Of a stretch of 64,000 bases of DNA, positions 21,452 through 31,606 are shown piece by piece. The stretch is from Candidatus Latescibacterota bacterium (GTDB lineage Bacteria; Latescibacterota; UBA2968; UBA8231): NCBI GenBank assembly GCA_965203175.1, contig OZ241867.1, positions 2,560,001 to 2,624,000 on the forward strand. Reading direction: 5' to 3'. The translations under genes and the position numbers were made by a program. Numbering within the stretch: the stretch's first letter is position 1; the number at the start of each line of letters is the position of its first letter. Below the pieces are notes generated by a model, which saw only the letters and a program-made list of their open reading frames with translations, ran no database searches and was not told where the DNA came from.

Positions 21452-22009
21452 ATGAGCGACGCCGATCTCATCCTGCGCTTCAGGGCTGGCCAGCACCAAG
21501 CGTTCAATGCCTTGGTCTGGCGCTGGCAGGGCCGCCTTTACCGCTTTGCGCTTCGCTACAGCGGCGATTCTGAAGAAGCGCGAGACCTCTGCCAGCAGAG
21601 CTTTATCCGCGCCTATGGCCAGTTGCACCGGCTGCGCGACCCCGAGCGCTTTTCTACGTGGCTCTACCAAATCGCCGCCAATCTGTGCCGCGACCACCTG
21701 CGCCAGCGAGTGCAGCACGTTTCGCTCGATGCGTACGAGGAAGCAAGTGCCCAGCCGCATCCGGCACTGTGCCGAGCCGCCGATATGGACAAGGTCGAGC
21801 TACGCGATCTGCTCAATCGCGCCTTGCAGACTCTGCCCGAAGAACAGCGCGTCGTCGTGGTGCTCAAGGAATACGAGGGGCTGAAGTTTCGGGAAATCGC
21901 CGAAGTGCTCAACGCCCCGATCAACACGGTCAAATCGCGCCTCTACTACGGCCTCAAGGCACTGCGAAAAACCTTTAACCAGTGGGACATTGACAGAGAT
22001 GGACTGTAA
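21452..22009 (+). CDS. ECF RNA polymerase sigma factor
   Basis: Region 2 FSTWLYQIAANLCRD; region 4 GLKFREIAEVLNAPINTVKSRL. Confidence 0.93.
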   Translation: MSDADLILRFRAGQHQAFNALVWRWQGRLYRFALRYSGDSEEARDLCQQSFIRAYGQLHRLRDPERFSTWLYQIAANLCRDHLRQRVQHVSLDAYEEASAQPHPALCRAADMDKVELRDLLNRALQTLPEEQRVVVVLKEYEGLKFREIAEVLNAPINTVKSRLYYGLKALRKTFNQWDIDRDGL

Positions 22010-22607
22010 CGTAAAAAAAGAAGACCTACTCACCTTTTTTTACGGAGAATGCGAAAAAGGTGAACAGGAGCGCATTAAAGAACACGTGGCCGCCTGTGCG
22101 ACGTGTCGCCGCGAACTCGACGCGCTCGCTAGTACGCAAGCATTGCTTCGGGCTTGGCCGGATGAGACCCCGCGCCTCGACTTGACGTTTGTCGAGGCCG
22201 AGGTGCCGCGTCGGCGCTTCCCGCTGATGGCAGGTTTGGCTGCTGCTGCGGTGGCCGCTGTGGTCCTCTTTTTGGCGTGGCCAGAGTTTGAACTCAGCTA
22301 CCGCGCCGGCGAACTCGACCTCAAGTGGGGGGAGGCACTGGTGGACGAACCACCCACTCGGGAGGAAGTACTGGCCACACAGGAGGGTACTCTCGCGTTA
22401 GTAAACCAACTTCTGCGAGCTTCTGAGGTGCGCCAGCAGCGCGTCTTCGACCATTTGCTGACCGAGATCCAAGCCCAGCGCTACCAAGACTTGCAGTTCA
22501 TCAACCGCCAGTTCGAACAGTTCGACCGCGAGATCTACATCCACTTGCGCCGCAACGAAGCACCCGTGCTGGAAGTGCTGCCAGCAACGCGCTATACCAA
22601 CCCATAG
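21999..22607 (+). CDS. Zinc-binding (HxxxCxxC) transmembrane anti-sigma factor
   Basis: EHVAACATC motif, single TM, helical periplasmic tail; overlaps the sigma gene. Confidence 0.85.
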   Translation: MDCNVKKEDLLTFFYGECEKGEQERIKEHVAACATCRRELDALASTQALLRAWPDETPRLDLTFVEAEVPRRRFPLMAGLAAAAVAAVVLFLAWPEFELSYRAGELDLKWGEALVDEPPTREEVLATQEGTLALVNQLLRASEVRQQRVFDHLLTEIQAQRYQDLQFINRQFEQFDREIYIHLRRNEAPVLEVLPATRYTNP

Positions 22608-22616
22608 GAGATTGCC

Positions 22617-23795
22617 ATGACCACGCTCTACCGCGCCATCTTAGTCGCTGGCTTCATGGCCACTGCCAGCCTCGCCGATATGGACCCCCAGCGCCTGCAG
22701 CGCGACATCCGCATCATGGAGGGAGTGCTCTCCAACGAGAACCTGTATTACGACGTGCCTGATGGTGCTAGCTTCCGCGCCCGCGGCCTGTACCTCGATG
22801 GCTATGGGGTGCTCTTTGTGGCGGCCGGCCCAGCATCCGGGACGGAAAGATGGGACAAAAAGTTATCGCAAGCAGAATTACTGGCTGCAACCCGCGACCT
22901 GCTCGCCGAATTTCTGGGCGACTATGCCGGGACCATCGGCCAACTCGACCAAGACGACCGGATAACGGTCTGCTATCAGCCTAGGTGGCCCCCACGTCCC
23001 GCCGTTGCAGATACCGTGTCTTTCGACCTTTTCAAGCAAGTCGAAGCGATACCTGAACTTAGGGGGAGCCGCTTCGATTTTAAAGAATTAGTCGTGGCTG
23101 TGGCTGTTCCTGACTCTTTAAATGCGAAGTTCCATTTCTCAATTGACGACGAGCAAATCGCAACGATAGCTAAAGCGCGGGAGTACCTACAGGAGGCCCT
23201 AGAGACGCTGGTAGCGGGGGGCCATATCGACAAGTCGCTAGCGGAGGCAGTCGGAGAAGCAGATTCTCCAGTCAAAGTTCATGTCCGCTTCTATAACGTA
23301 CACTCCGCAGCAATCGCGGCCGCCGTCAAAAAATCTGCTATCGACGCCTTTCGCGAGGGGCGGATCGACTCGGCTAGCTTCCGCCAGCGCATCGCCTTTG
23401 CCGAGTACGGGGACTTGAGGAAAATCGACATCATGGCTGGCATCCTCGACCAAGTCTTTAGGGACGGCTCGTATCCTCCCTGGTCACGCATCCAACGCAC
23501 TTTGGGGATGTATCAGCCGGACGTAGGTGCCCTATTTTTTATTAGTGACCCAATGCGCGTTGCCAACCCTTTGCCCCGCGCCACCGTCAAAGCCAGAACC
23601 GTCGAGGCCGTCGCCGACTACAGCGCGACTCTTCGCCAAGTCCAGTCCGATGAGCACGTCATCGTCGAATATCGCTCTCCGTTTTCCGCTCGCAGCGCAC
23701 TGCTCAAAGTGCCCAAATCCGCCATTGATGCCTACGCCCGCGGCGACTTGGACCTCGACGGCTTCCGCAAAAAGGCGGTGTGGGAAACGCAGTAG
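22617..23795 (+). CDS. Secreted hypothetical protein with internal duplication (ECF locus accessory)
   Basis: Signal peptide; two homologous halves (see findings). Confidence 0.7.
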   Translation: MTTLYRAILVAGFMATASLADMDPQRLQRDIRIMEGVLSNENLYYDVPDGASFRARGLYLDGYGVLFVAAGPASGTERWDKKLSQAELLAATRDLLAEFLGDYAGTIGQLDQDDRITVCYQPRWPPRPAVADTVSFDLFKQVEAIPELRGSRFDFKELVVAVAVPDSLNAKFHFSIDDEQIATIAKAREYLQEALETLVAGGHIDKSLAEAVGEADSPVKVHVRFYNVHSAAIAAAVKKSAIDAFREGRIDSASFRQRIAFAEYGDLRKIDIMAGILDQVFRDGSYPPWSRIQRTLGMYQPDVGALFFISDPMRVANPLPRATVKARTVEAVADYSATLRQVQSDEHVIVEYRSPFSARSALLKVPKSAIDAYARGDLDLDGFRKKAVWETQ

Positions 23796-23897
23796 AGAGC
23801 TTGGGTCGCGGGCGATTCTTCCGCAATGGGGGAACTGTAGCGACAGATCCTATGGATGTCTTTGGCAAGGCGGCGGACAATCGCTATATTCGCCGCC

Positions 23898-24896
23898 ATG
23901 CCTACCTCAACCGAAGCAGTTCTGCCCGACAAGGATACTTGTCGGGCGCTCTATCGCCAGATGCTGGTCATCCGCCGCTGCGAAGAGCAGCTTGCCCGGT
24001 CCTACCAAGCTGGTCTGATCCCCGGCGCCTGCCACACGTACGTCGGCGAGGAAGCTATCGCCACTGGCGTTTGCGCCCACCTCAACGACGATGACGCGGT
24101 TTTTAGCACGCATCGCGGCCACGGCCACGCCCTCGCCAAAGGCGTACCGCCCAAGGAGCTGCTCGCCGAGCTTTTCGGCAAAGCTACGGGCTGCTCGCAG
24201 GGGCGCGGTGGCTCCATGCACCTTTTCTCGCCGCAAGTGGGGATGATGGGCACCAGCGGCATCGTCGGTCCCTGCATCCTCCAAGCCGCTGGCGCTGGCT
24301 ACTCCTTCAAACTCTTGGGCGTCCCCAAGGTCGGCGTGGCGTTCTTTGGCGATGGGGCGGTAGCCAACGGAGCTTTCCACGAGGGCATCAATCTGGCGAC
24401 CAACTGGCAGTTGCCGGTGCTCTTCGTCTGCGAAAACAACCTCTATGCCACGGAAGTGGCCTTTGTCGATACTACTCGCAATCCGCAGGTGGCCAACCGC
24501 GCCGCAGCCTACGGACTGCCCGGCATTGCCGTCGATGGCAACGACGTAGCGGAGGTGTACGCGGTAGCTGGCGAAGCGATAACGCGTGCGCGCCAAGGCG
24601 ATGGCCCGACCCTCATTGAGTGCAAGACCTACCGCACCCGGCCCCACGCCGAGGGAATGCGCGACGGGGGCTATCGCTCCACTGAAGAAATCGACGAGTG
24701 GAAGAAGCGCGATCCCATTCCGGCTTTCGCCCACCGGCTGCTAGAGGCAGGCCACGCCCGCCAAGAAGAACTCGACGCGGTCGCGGCGGACGTTACCGCG
24801 CTGGTTGCTGAGGCTTTGCAATTTGCCCACGACAGTCCATGGCCCGACCCGGCCACCGTGGCCGACCACGTCTTCAGCCAAAGGGGCGGCATGTAA
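23898..24896 (+). CDS. TPP-dependent 2-oxoacid/acetoin dehydrogenase E1 alpha
   Basis: STHRGHGH, GRGGSMH, FFGDGA...FHEGINLA...CENN. Confidence 0.93.
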   Translation: MPTSTEAVLPDKDTCRALYRQMLVIRRCEEQLARSYQAGLIPGACHTYVGEEAIATGVCAHLNDDDAVFSTHRGHGHALAKGVPPKELLAELFGKATGCSQGRGGSMHLFSPQVGMMGTSGIVGPCILQAAGAGYSFKLLGVPKVGVAFFGDGAVANGAFHEGINLATNWQLPVLFVCENNLYATEVAFVDTTRNPQVANRAAAYGLPGIAVDGNDVAEVYAVAGEAITRARQGDGPTLIECKTYRTRPHAEGMRDGGYRSTEEIDEWKKRDPIPAFAHRLLEAGHARQEELDAVAADVTALVAEALQFAHDSPWPDPATVADHVFSQRGGM

Positions 24897-25873
24897 TGCC
24901 CGAACTCACGTATGTAGAAGCGGCGCGCCAAGCCCTAGCCGAGGAGATGGCGCGCGACGAGACCATTTTCGTCGTCGGCGAAGGCGTTGGTCCGCGCGGT
25001 GGCAACTTCAACACTACTACGGGTCTTTTCGACCTGTACGGGCCGGAGCGCCTGCGCGACACCCCGATATGCGAGCGCGGCTTTGTCGGTTTGTGCGCTG
25101 GCGCGGCCATGACCGGGACGCGGCCGGTTGTGGATTTCATGTTCTTGGACTTCATCCTCGATTCATTTGGCGAACTGGTCAACCAGATTGCCAAGATGCA
25201 GTACATGAGCAGCGGCCGCCTAAAAATGCCCATCGTCCTGCGCGGCTGCATTGGCGTCGGTGGCGCGGCCGCCACCCATCATTCGGGCAATTACTATCCG
25301 ATCTTTACGCATCTGCCCGGTTTCAAGGTCGCAGTGCCGTCCAATCCGCACGACGCCAAGGGCCTGTTCAAGACGGCCCTGCGCGGCGATGATCCGGTGC
25401 TTTTCCTCGAACACAAGTCCTTGCTCAACACCCGAGGCGAAGTGCCAGAAGAGGAGTACTCCATTCCCTTTGGCCAAGCGGCCGTGTGTCGTCGCGGTGA
25501 GCATCTGACCGTCGTGGCTTTGACGACCATGGTGCCCGAGACGCTGCAAGTCGCCGAGGCCCTATCTGGCGAGGGCATCTCGGTCGAAGTGATTGACCCC
25601 CGCACTACGTCCCCCCTCGACATCGATACGGTGCTCGAATCCGTCCACCGGACGGGCCGCCTGCTGATCGCCGATGAGACCTTTGCCCCCTGCGGCATGG
25701 GCGCGGAAATCGCCGCCGCAGTGGTTGACCAAGCCTTCGACGACCTCGACGCGCCGGTGCGCCGCCTCAATGGCGCGCACGTACCCACGCCGTACAGCGC
25801 GCCCCTAGAGGCGGCGATTGCGCCCAATAGGGAAGACATAGAACGGGCCATTCGCGACCTGATGGCTGAGTAG
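24896..25873 (+). CDS. 2-oxoacid/acetoin dehydrogenase E1 beta
   Basis: RLRDTPICE, DPVLFLEHK, EVIDPRT, LDAPVRR; TAATG coupling. Confidence 0.93.
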   Translation: MPELTYVEAARQALAEEMARDETIFVVGEGVGPRGGNFNTTTGLFDLYGPERLRDTPICERGFVGLCAGAAMTGTRPVVDFMFLDFILDSFGELVNQIAKMQYMSSGRLKMPIVLRGCIGVGGAAATHHSGNYYPIFTHLPGFKVAVPSNPHDAKGLFKTALRGDDPVLFLEHKSLLNTRGEVPEEEYSIPFGQAAVCRRGEHLTVVALTTMVPETLQVAEALSGEGISVEVIDPRTTSPLDIDTVLESVHRTGRLLIADETFAPCGMGAEIAAAVVDQAFDDLDAPVRRLNGAHVPTPYSAPLEAAIAPNREDIERAIRDLMAE

Positions 25874-25883
25874 GAGCAAGCGC

Positions 25884-26972
25884 ATGGCCGAGCCAATCGC
25901 AATGCCCCGCTTGGGATGGACCATGGAGGAGGGCACGCTCGTCGAGTGGCTCAAAGCCGATGGCGATACAGTCGAGGCCGGCGAAATCCTCTTTACGGTG
26001 GAAAGCGACAAGGCCCTCAACGAGATCGAGACTTTTTCCAGCGGCATCCTGCGCATCCCCCCGGACGCGCCCCAACCCGGCGATACGGTGCCGGTGGGCA
26101 CCCTGTTGGGCTATCTGTTGCAGCCCGGCGAGGAAATGCCGACTGCGCCACCTCCAACTCCTACCGCAGAGCCGGTTCCAACGCCTGCGGAACCCGCGAC
26201 CGTAGCAAAACCAAAACTAGCCCCAACTCCTGCACCAGCTCGCTCCGCGGAGCCGACCATCAGCCCCCGCGCTCGGCGCGTGGCCTCGGAGCTTGGGGTG
26301 GAATGGCGCGTGCTTACGGGTAGCGGACGCACGGGCCGGATCGTCGAGCGCGACGTCCGCGCGGCTGCCGCCCGCAGCAGCCAAGCTGCCCCCGCGATCC
26401 TGACGACCGAAGCAGACGCAACCGAGTTAGTGACGTTGCGCCCGCGGCTCAAGGCGGAAGATGCACCAGCACCTGCCTATCACCACCTGATTGCCAAGCT
26501 AGCGGTCGTCGCCTTGGCAGATTACCCCCAGTTGAATGCCGCGGGGACCGAGGCTGTCCACCTCAGTCTCGCCGTAGATACGGGCGATGGTTTGGCGAGT
26601 CCAGTCATTCGCGACGCGCATACCAAGAACTGGGCCGAACTCGCGGCCGAGGCCCGCTTCCTAGCGCTTCAGGCGCGGCGGCACGTCTTAGGGCCGGAGG
26701 ACATGCAGGGCGGCACCTTTGCCATCGCCAACCTCGGCATGTACGGAATCGACGCCTTTACTCCCATCCTCCGCCCTCCCTATCGCGCTGCCTTGGGACT
26801 GGGTCGCATTGCCGAGCGCCCGGCCGTGCGCGAGGGCCGCGTGGTGCCCCGGGCGTTGATATCTTTGAGCCTGACGGTTGAGAGCGAGTTGCTCGAAAAT
26901 GGCGCAGCGCCCCGCTTCCTCGACCGCCTGCGATCCTTGATTGAGCGGCCCGAATTGGGACTGCAAGACTAG
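25884..26972 (+). CDS. E2-like dihydrolipoamide acyltransferase with degenerate catalytic domain
   Basis: Lipoyl domain VESDKA, Pro/Ala linker, E3-binding ISPRARR...GSGRTGRIVERDV, GGTFAIANLG; DHRxxDG motif absent. Confidence 0.85.
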   Translation: MAEPIAMPRLGWTMEEGTLVEWLKADGDTVEAGEILFTVESDKALNEIETFSSGILRIPPDAPQPGDTVPVGTLLGYLLQPGEEMPTAPPPTPTAEPVPTPAEPATVAKPKLAPTPAPARSAEPTISPRARRVASELGVEWRVLTGSGRTGRIVERDVRAAAARSSQAAPAILTTEADATELVTLRPRLKAEDAPAPAYHHLIAKLAVVALADYPQLNAAGTEAVHLSLAVDTGDGLASPVIRDAHTKNWAELAAEARFLALQARRHVLGPEDMQGGTFAIANLGMYGIDAFTPILRPPYRAALGLGRIAERPAVREGRVVPRALISLSLTVESELLENGAAPRFLDRLRSLIERPELGLQD

Positions 26973-26981
26973 GCGCGTCCC

Positions 26982-29381
26982 TCACTTCAGCATCGTCTGC
27001 ACGACCATGCGCGTCCCGTCAATCCGCACTTGTACCGCGCCGGTGTGGTCAGTGCGCAGCACTCGCGCTCCGTGCGCTGCGTAGCGCGCGACGATCTCTG
27101 GGGCCGGGTGCTTGAACTTGTTGCCTTCCCCCAACGACATCACCGCCACTGCGGGCGCGACCGCTTCGATAAAAAGTGGCTGCGACGAGGTGCGCGAGCC
27201 GTGGTGAGCCACCTTGAGCAAGCGCGCCTGCAGCCGCGGGCCCCAAGCGAGGATCGCCGGATCGGTTTCCTGCTCTACGTCGCCGGTGAAGAGCACGCGC
27301 ACGGTTCCGTGCTGTAAGCTAAAGACCACCGAGCCGTTGTTGGGGCCAAAAGGGGTGTTGCCGTCTACATCGACAAAGTCCGCAGTCGGATGCAGGACCA
27401 GTCCCGCGACTTCGCCCAAACCCGCCAAGCTGTCACCCGCCGCGACCCGATGGTAGCGCACGCCCCGCTCGGCGATCAGTTCTTGCAAACGCCGCGCGGT
27501 CCACGAGTCATAGACTTGCCCGCTGTCGAGAAAGTGGCCGACTTCCATTTGCTCCAACAGGGCTACCAGTCCGCCGATGTGGTCGTTGTGCGAATGCGAG
27601 GCTACGACGACATCGACCCGCCGGACGCCCGTGTAGCGCAAGAAAGGCAACAGCACTTGTTCGCCGCAGTCGAAGTATGCGCTGCGCTCGCCGCCATCGA
27701 CGACCATGGTTTTGCCGTTGGGGAAATGCACAAACGCTGCGTCGCCTTGCCCCACGTCCAAAAAGACGATCTCCAAGTCGCGGGAGCGGAGCGCGTAGGT
27801 CCACACTGCGACGTTGAGCCAGATGAGCGACGCGAAAATGGCGGCTTTACACGCCCACGGCCTATGGGGCAACAGCGGGCCGAGCAGGCAGAGGGCGGCG
27901 GCCACTGCGACGAAGAGTACCCCCGGCCGCGGCACGACCACGGATGTAAAGGGCAGCGAGGCCCACCACGAGACTAGCTCGATCAGCCCCACGAGGACTA
28001 GGTAATTGGTGGCATTGAACGCGGTGGTGATCCAAGGCAAAATCCACCCCGTCAACGCGGCCAGCAGACCCAAGCCCACGGCGAGCGCCAAGAGTGGCAC
28101 GACTACTAGATTAGCCACCACGGCTCCCAATGCTAACTGCTGAAAGGAATAGGCGATTAAAGGTCCGGTGCCGAGCTGGGCCCCTAGCGAGGCGCATAGG
28201 GGGATGACAACCCAGCGGCCGATCCGGCTATCAGCGCGTTGAGAGGCCGTAGGGAAAAGCGAGGCGAGCGGCCCGTGCAAGGCGACGATGGCCCACGTCG
28301 CGCCAAAGGAGAGCTGGAAGCTAAGGCTCCACGGACTCTCTGGCCATATCACCAAGATCACTAGTGCCGCCAGCCCAAGGGTGTTGTAGATGTCACCCTG
28401 CCGCCGCAGCACCCGTCCCAACAGCACCACCGCTCCCATCATCACCGACCGCACCACTGGCACCTGCGCTCCGGTTGCGAGGGCATAGAGCGCCAGTGCG
28501 GCGATTGTGGCTGCGGAGCTCGACCGGTCGGCGAGCCGCAGGAGACGGAAGCCGAAGAAGAAAAATCCGCCTACCATCCCGACGTGGAGTCCGCTGACCA
28601 CGAGCGCATGCGCCAACCCGGTGCTGCGAAACGCAGTGCGCACCTCCTCGGGAATTCGCCGCTTCTCTCCCAAGAGTACGCCCAACAACAGCCCGGCCGG
28701 TGCGCCTGAGAGGTTGCGCTCAATGCTCTGGCGCACGGCGCGTCTGAAGGGCAACACCACACCCTCGTACAGCCAGTGTCCAGGCAAGCGCTCCACGGAA
28801 ACGACCTGATCGGGTTTGCCGACGAAAAGCGTGCCGTAGATGTCCTGCTGGGCCAAAAAGGCTCGGTAGTCGAAGGCACCAGGATTCCGCACTGCACGGG
28901 GCCGTTGCAGCCTCCCGCGCAGGGACACGCGGTCGCCGTAATCGGCGGGCAAGTACGCGTCTTTTACTGTGACTAGCACTTGCCCGCTCAAGTGGTAGAT
29001 GGCGCTGTCGGTGACTACCTGTTCCAGCTCTATGGCAAAGTGTACTCGCTCGTCGCTGCGCTCTGGTTCTTGGACGATGCGCCCGGTGACCACGCCGCGC
29101 TGGCCAAAGACCTCGAGCTCGACTAGGTGCGGCAAAGGGGACAGGGCTGTGTCGATGTGGTAACGCAGCGCACCTAACAGGACGACGACCACCCACACCA
29201 TCCAACCCGTCCAACGCGCCTTGCGATAGAAGCCTGTGGTTGCGCCGGCAAGGGCTAAGCCGCTCAGGACCGTCGCTGCGGCTAGGTCTATCTCCACAGT
29301 CTGCCCTAGGAAAATGCCGCTTCCGAAACCGAGGGCCGTCCACAGCGCGGGCCGCCGGAGCGTCTTTTTGCTCGCAGACAT
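26982..29381 (-). CDS. comEC: DNA internalization competence protein ComEC/Rec2
   Basis: RNPGAFDY, GLAHALVVSGLHVG, SFQLSF, FLDVGQGDA, SHSHNDHIGG, KVAHHGS. Confidence 0.95.
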   Translation of the reverse strand: MSASKKTLRRPALWTALGFGSGIFLGQTVEIDLAAATVLSGLALAGATTGFYRKARWTGWMVWVVVVLLGALRYHIDTALSPLPHLVELEVFGQRGVVTGRIVQEPERSDERVHFAIELEQVVTDSAIYHLSGQVLVTVKDAYLPADYGDRVSLRGRLQRPRAVRNPGAFDYRAFLAQQDIYGTLFVGKPDQVVSVERLPGHWLYEGVVLPFRRAVRQSIERNLSGAPAGLLLGVLLGEKRRIPEEVRTAFRSTGLAHALVVSGLHVGMVGGFFFFGFRLLRLADRSSSAATIAALALYALATGAQVPVVRSVMMGAVVLLGRVLRRQGDIYNTLGLAALVILVIWPESPWSLSFQLSFGATWAIVALHGPLASLFPTASQRADSRIGRWVVIPLCASLGAQLGTGPLIAYSFQQLALGAVVANLVVVPLLALAVGLGLLAALTGWILPWITTAFNATNYLVLVGLIELVSWWASLPFTSVVVPRPGVLFVAVAAALCLLGPLLPHRPWACKAAIFASLIWLNVAVWTYALRSRDLEIVFLDVGQGDAAFVHFPNGKTMVVDGGERSAYFDCGEQVLLPFLRYTGVRRVDVVVASHSHNDHIGGLVALLEQMEVGHFLDSGQVYDSWTARRLQELIAERGVRYHRVAAGDSLAGLGEVAGLVLHPTADFVDVDGNTPFGPNNGSVVFSLQHGTVRVLFTGDVEQETDPAILAWGPRLQARLLKVAHHGSRTSSQPLFIEAVAPAVAVMSLGEGNKFKHPAPEIVARYAAHGARVLRTDHTGAVQVRIDGTRMVVQTMLK

Positions 29382-29483
29382 ACCAAGTCTAACGGCAAAA
29401 ATCGTTCCAACTCGACGGGACGTTGGCGAGTCTGTATGCTAAAGCGGAGAGAAGAAGAGAAAGTTTTGACGAAGGAAGATTAG

Positions 29484-29795
29484 ATGACCAATCCCATAGC
29501 TAAATTACGCGGCAAAGAACGCCGCTATTTGCGCGGTTTAGGCAACGCGCTGCGCCCGACCGTGTATTTGGGCAAAGAAGGGCTTTCCGCTGCCGTTATC
29601 CGTTCGCTCAATGAAGCCTATTCCAACAGCGAGTTGGTCAAGGTGCGCTGCGAGCGCAACAGCCCCCTCGACCGCCGCGAAGCCGGTGAGCAGCTTGCCG
29701 CCGCTACCGAGTCACACCTAGTGCAAGTCTTGGGCAACACGCTGCTCCTCTACCGTCCCGATCCCGATGATCCCCAAATCTCGCTGCCCGAATAG
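29484..29795 (+). CDS. yhbY: YhbY/CRM-domain RNA-binding protein
   Basis: LRGKERRYLRGLG, ELVKVR, VQVLGNTLLLYR. Confidence 0.88.
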   Translation: MTNPIAKLRGKERRYLRGLGNALRPTVYLGKEGLSAAVIRSLNEAYSNSELVKVRCERNSPLDRREAGEQLAAATESHLVQVLGNTLLLYRPDPDDPQISLPE

Positions 29796-29832
29796 AGGCG
29801 CAGGCTTTCGTTGAGAAGCGAGAAATATCACT

Positions 29833-30633
29833 TTGAAACCTAGACGCGCGTTGATCACCGGCGGAGCCAGCGGCTTTGGCCTAGGCACCGCCAAGGCCCT
29901 GCTCGCCCAGGGTGCCCAGGTCGCCATCGCCGATATCGATGGCGAGAAACTACGGACAGCAGCCGACGAATTGCACAGCGATCGCGTGTTGCCCCTAGTG
30001 CTCGATGTCACCTCGCCGACATCCGTCCAACAGACCGTAGCCGCCTGCCAAACGCACTTTGGGGGCTTGGACATTCTCGTCAATTCCGCCGGCGTCATCC
30101 ACTTCGGCTCCTTGGCAGAAACCACCGAAGCGGATTGGGATAGGGTCATCGACATTGACCTCAAGGGGGTTTTCCTCTGCTGCCAGGCCGCTGCCCCGCT
30201 TTTGCGCCAGAGCGGTCGGCGCGGTCGCATCGTCAATATCGGCTCGGATGTGTCCAAGATCGGCTTCCCGCTGATTGCCTCCTATTGCGCCGCCAAGGCC
30301 GGAGTCGTCGGCCTGAGCAAGGCGCTGGCCGGCGAACTAGCCTCCGACGGTGTCACCGTCAACTGCGTCTGTCCGGTCGGCGTCTCGACCACCGGCATGG
30401 GCCAGGAGGTGCTCGCCTACAAACGACAGGCGACCGGCGCGACCAATGAAGCGATCCTCGCTGCGACAGCGGCGGACATCCCGCTCGGCCGCAACCCCAC
30501 CCAAGACGATGTCGTCAACGCCATTCTGTTTTTCCTCGCCGAAGAGTCGTCCTTTTTGACCGGAGTCGCGCTCGATGTCGATGGCGGTCTGCTCAGCACC
30601 TCGACCCTGCCCGGCGTTACCGATGGCCAGTAA
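29833..30633 (+). CDS. Short-chain dehydrogenase/reductase
   Basis: TGGASGFG, NSAG, YCAAK catalytic motif, VDGG. Confidence 0.92.
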   Translation: MKPRRALITGGASGFGLGTAKALLAQGAQVAIADIDGEKLRTAADELHSDRVLPLVLDVTSPTSVQQTVAACQTHFGGLDILVNSAGVIHFGSLAETTEADWDRVIDIDLKGVFLCCQAAAPLLRQSGRRGRIVNIGSDVSKIGFPLIASYCAAKAGVVGLSKALAGELASDGVTVNCVCPVGVSTTGMGQEVLAYKRQATGATNEAILAATAADIPLGRNPTQDDVVNAILFFLAEESSFLTGVALDVDGGLLSTSTLPGVTDGQ

Positions 30634-30686
30634 AGGGAAGTGCTAGTTCCGCAAATGAAAAAAGAAGGGAAACTTTGACGGATGCG

Positions 30687-30951
30687 ATGGCTTACACCAT
30701 CCATTTAGAACGTCGTGCTGAACGAGAATTTCGGAGGCTGCCACGAGAAGCTACCAGACGCATCGATGCTGTGTTCCGTCAATTAGCAAGTAATCCACGT
30801 CCAGATGGCGTCGTTAAACTTTCAGGTCGGACAGCTTCTGGTTGGCGGGTATGTGTCGGGGAGTACCGCATCCTCTATCAAATAGATCGACGGCAGGAAC
30901 CGCGTTGATGTTTATCGAATAAAACATCGTCGGGAAGCCTACCGTCAATAA
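30687..30951 (+). pseudogene. RelE/ParE family toxin, frameshifted
   Basis: MAYTIHLERRAEREFRRL...NPRPDGVVKLSG...WRVCVGEYRILYQID continues in the +1 frame as DGRNRVDVYRIKHRREAYRQ*. Confidence 0.8.
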
Positions 30952-30988
30952 CAAATTGATTGTCGCGGGGCGACTTTTCGAGGCCCTC

Positions 30989-31495
30989 TCAGTTGCTCCC
31001 ATCGCCGCTAGCAACCACGACGAACGTACCTTCCACCACATTGTTCGTCTCATTGGTCTCACGAAGATCGTCAGCCCGGTCGAGAACGAACTCGTAGCGA
31101 TAGGTCCCCGGTTCAGGCGGCTTGAAACCTATTTGATACCACAAAGTAGAATCCATGATCTTATAATGAAGCATCTCGGGAGAAGGGGGCTCTTGGTAAA
31201 CCTTGGCAGGATCCGCTTGATAAACCTTGATAGGACCCGGTACGTAATCAAAAAATTCTCTCTCTCCATCGACGAACAGTTCAACATGGAATGATTTTTT
31301 CGGAATAGCAGTAAGCCCTCTGTTGTCGTAGAACGCCTTAAAGACCACCGTGTTACCCACTTCGATCTTTTCAGGCTCGACTATGACTCCAACAGCATTC
31401 AAGTCGTAGTTTCCCGGAGGAGCCGAAACGATTCTTCCCGTCGATTGACAGGACAGAATAGAAAAGAGTAGTACGGCATAGCAAGTATAGCGCAT
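30989..31495 (-). CDS. Lipoprotein with CARDB (Ig-like) domain
   Basis: Lipobox ILSC; C-terminal LDRADDLRETNETNN CARDB signature; visibly AT-richer. Confidence 0.75.
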   Translation of the reverse strand: MRYTCYAVLLFSILSCQSTGRIVSAPPGNYDLNAVGVIVEPEKIEVGNTVVFKAFYDNRGLTAIPKKSFHVELFVDGEREFFDYVPGPIKVYQADPAKVYQEPPSPEMLHYKIMDSTLWYQIGFKPPEPGTYRYEFVLDRADDLRETNETNNVVEGTFVVVASGDGSN

Positions 31496-31509
31496 ATCTA
31501 TCTCCTTAC

Positions 31510-31533
31510 GTAGGGGCGAATCTGCGTTCGTCC
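31510..31533 (+). repeat. GTAG-type REP-like palindrome
   Basis: GTAG GGGCGAA TCTGCG TTCGTCC: GTAG tetranucleotide followed by an imperfect stem. Confidence 0.4.
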
Positions 31534-31606
31534 ATTGGGAAGTCCTTTAGACATTATACATTATCCGGAATAGAGAGCCAAACCGTCTAGGATGCCAAAT
31601 CGGTTC

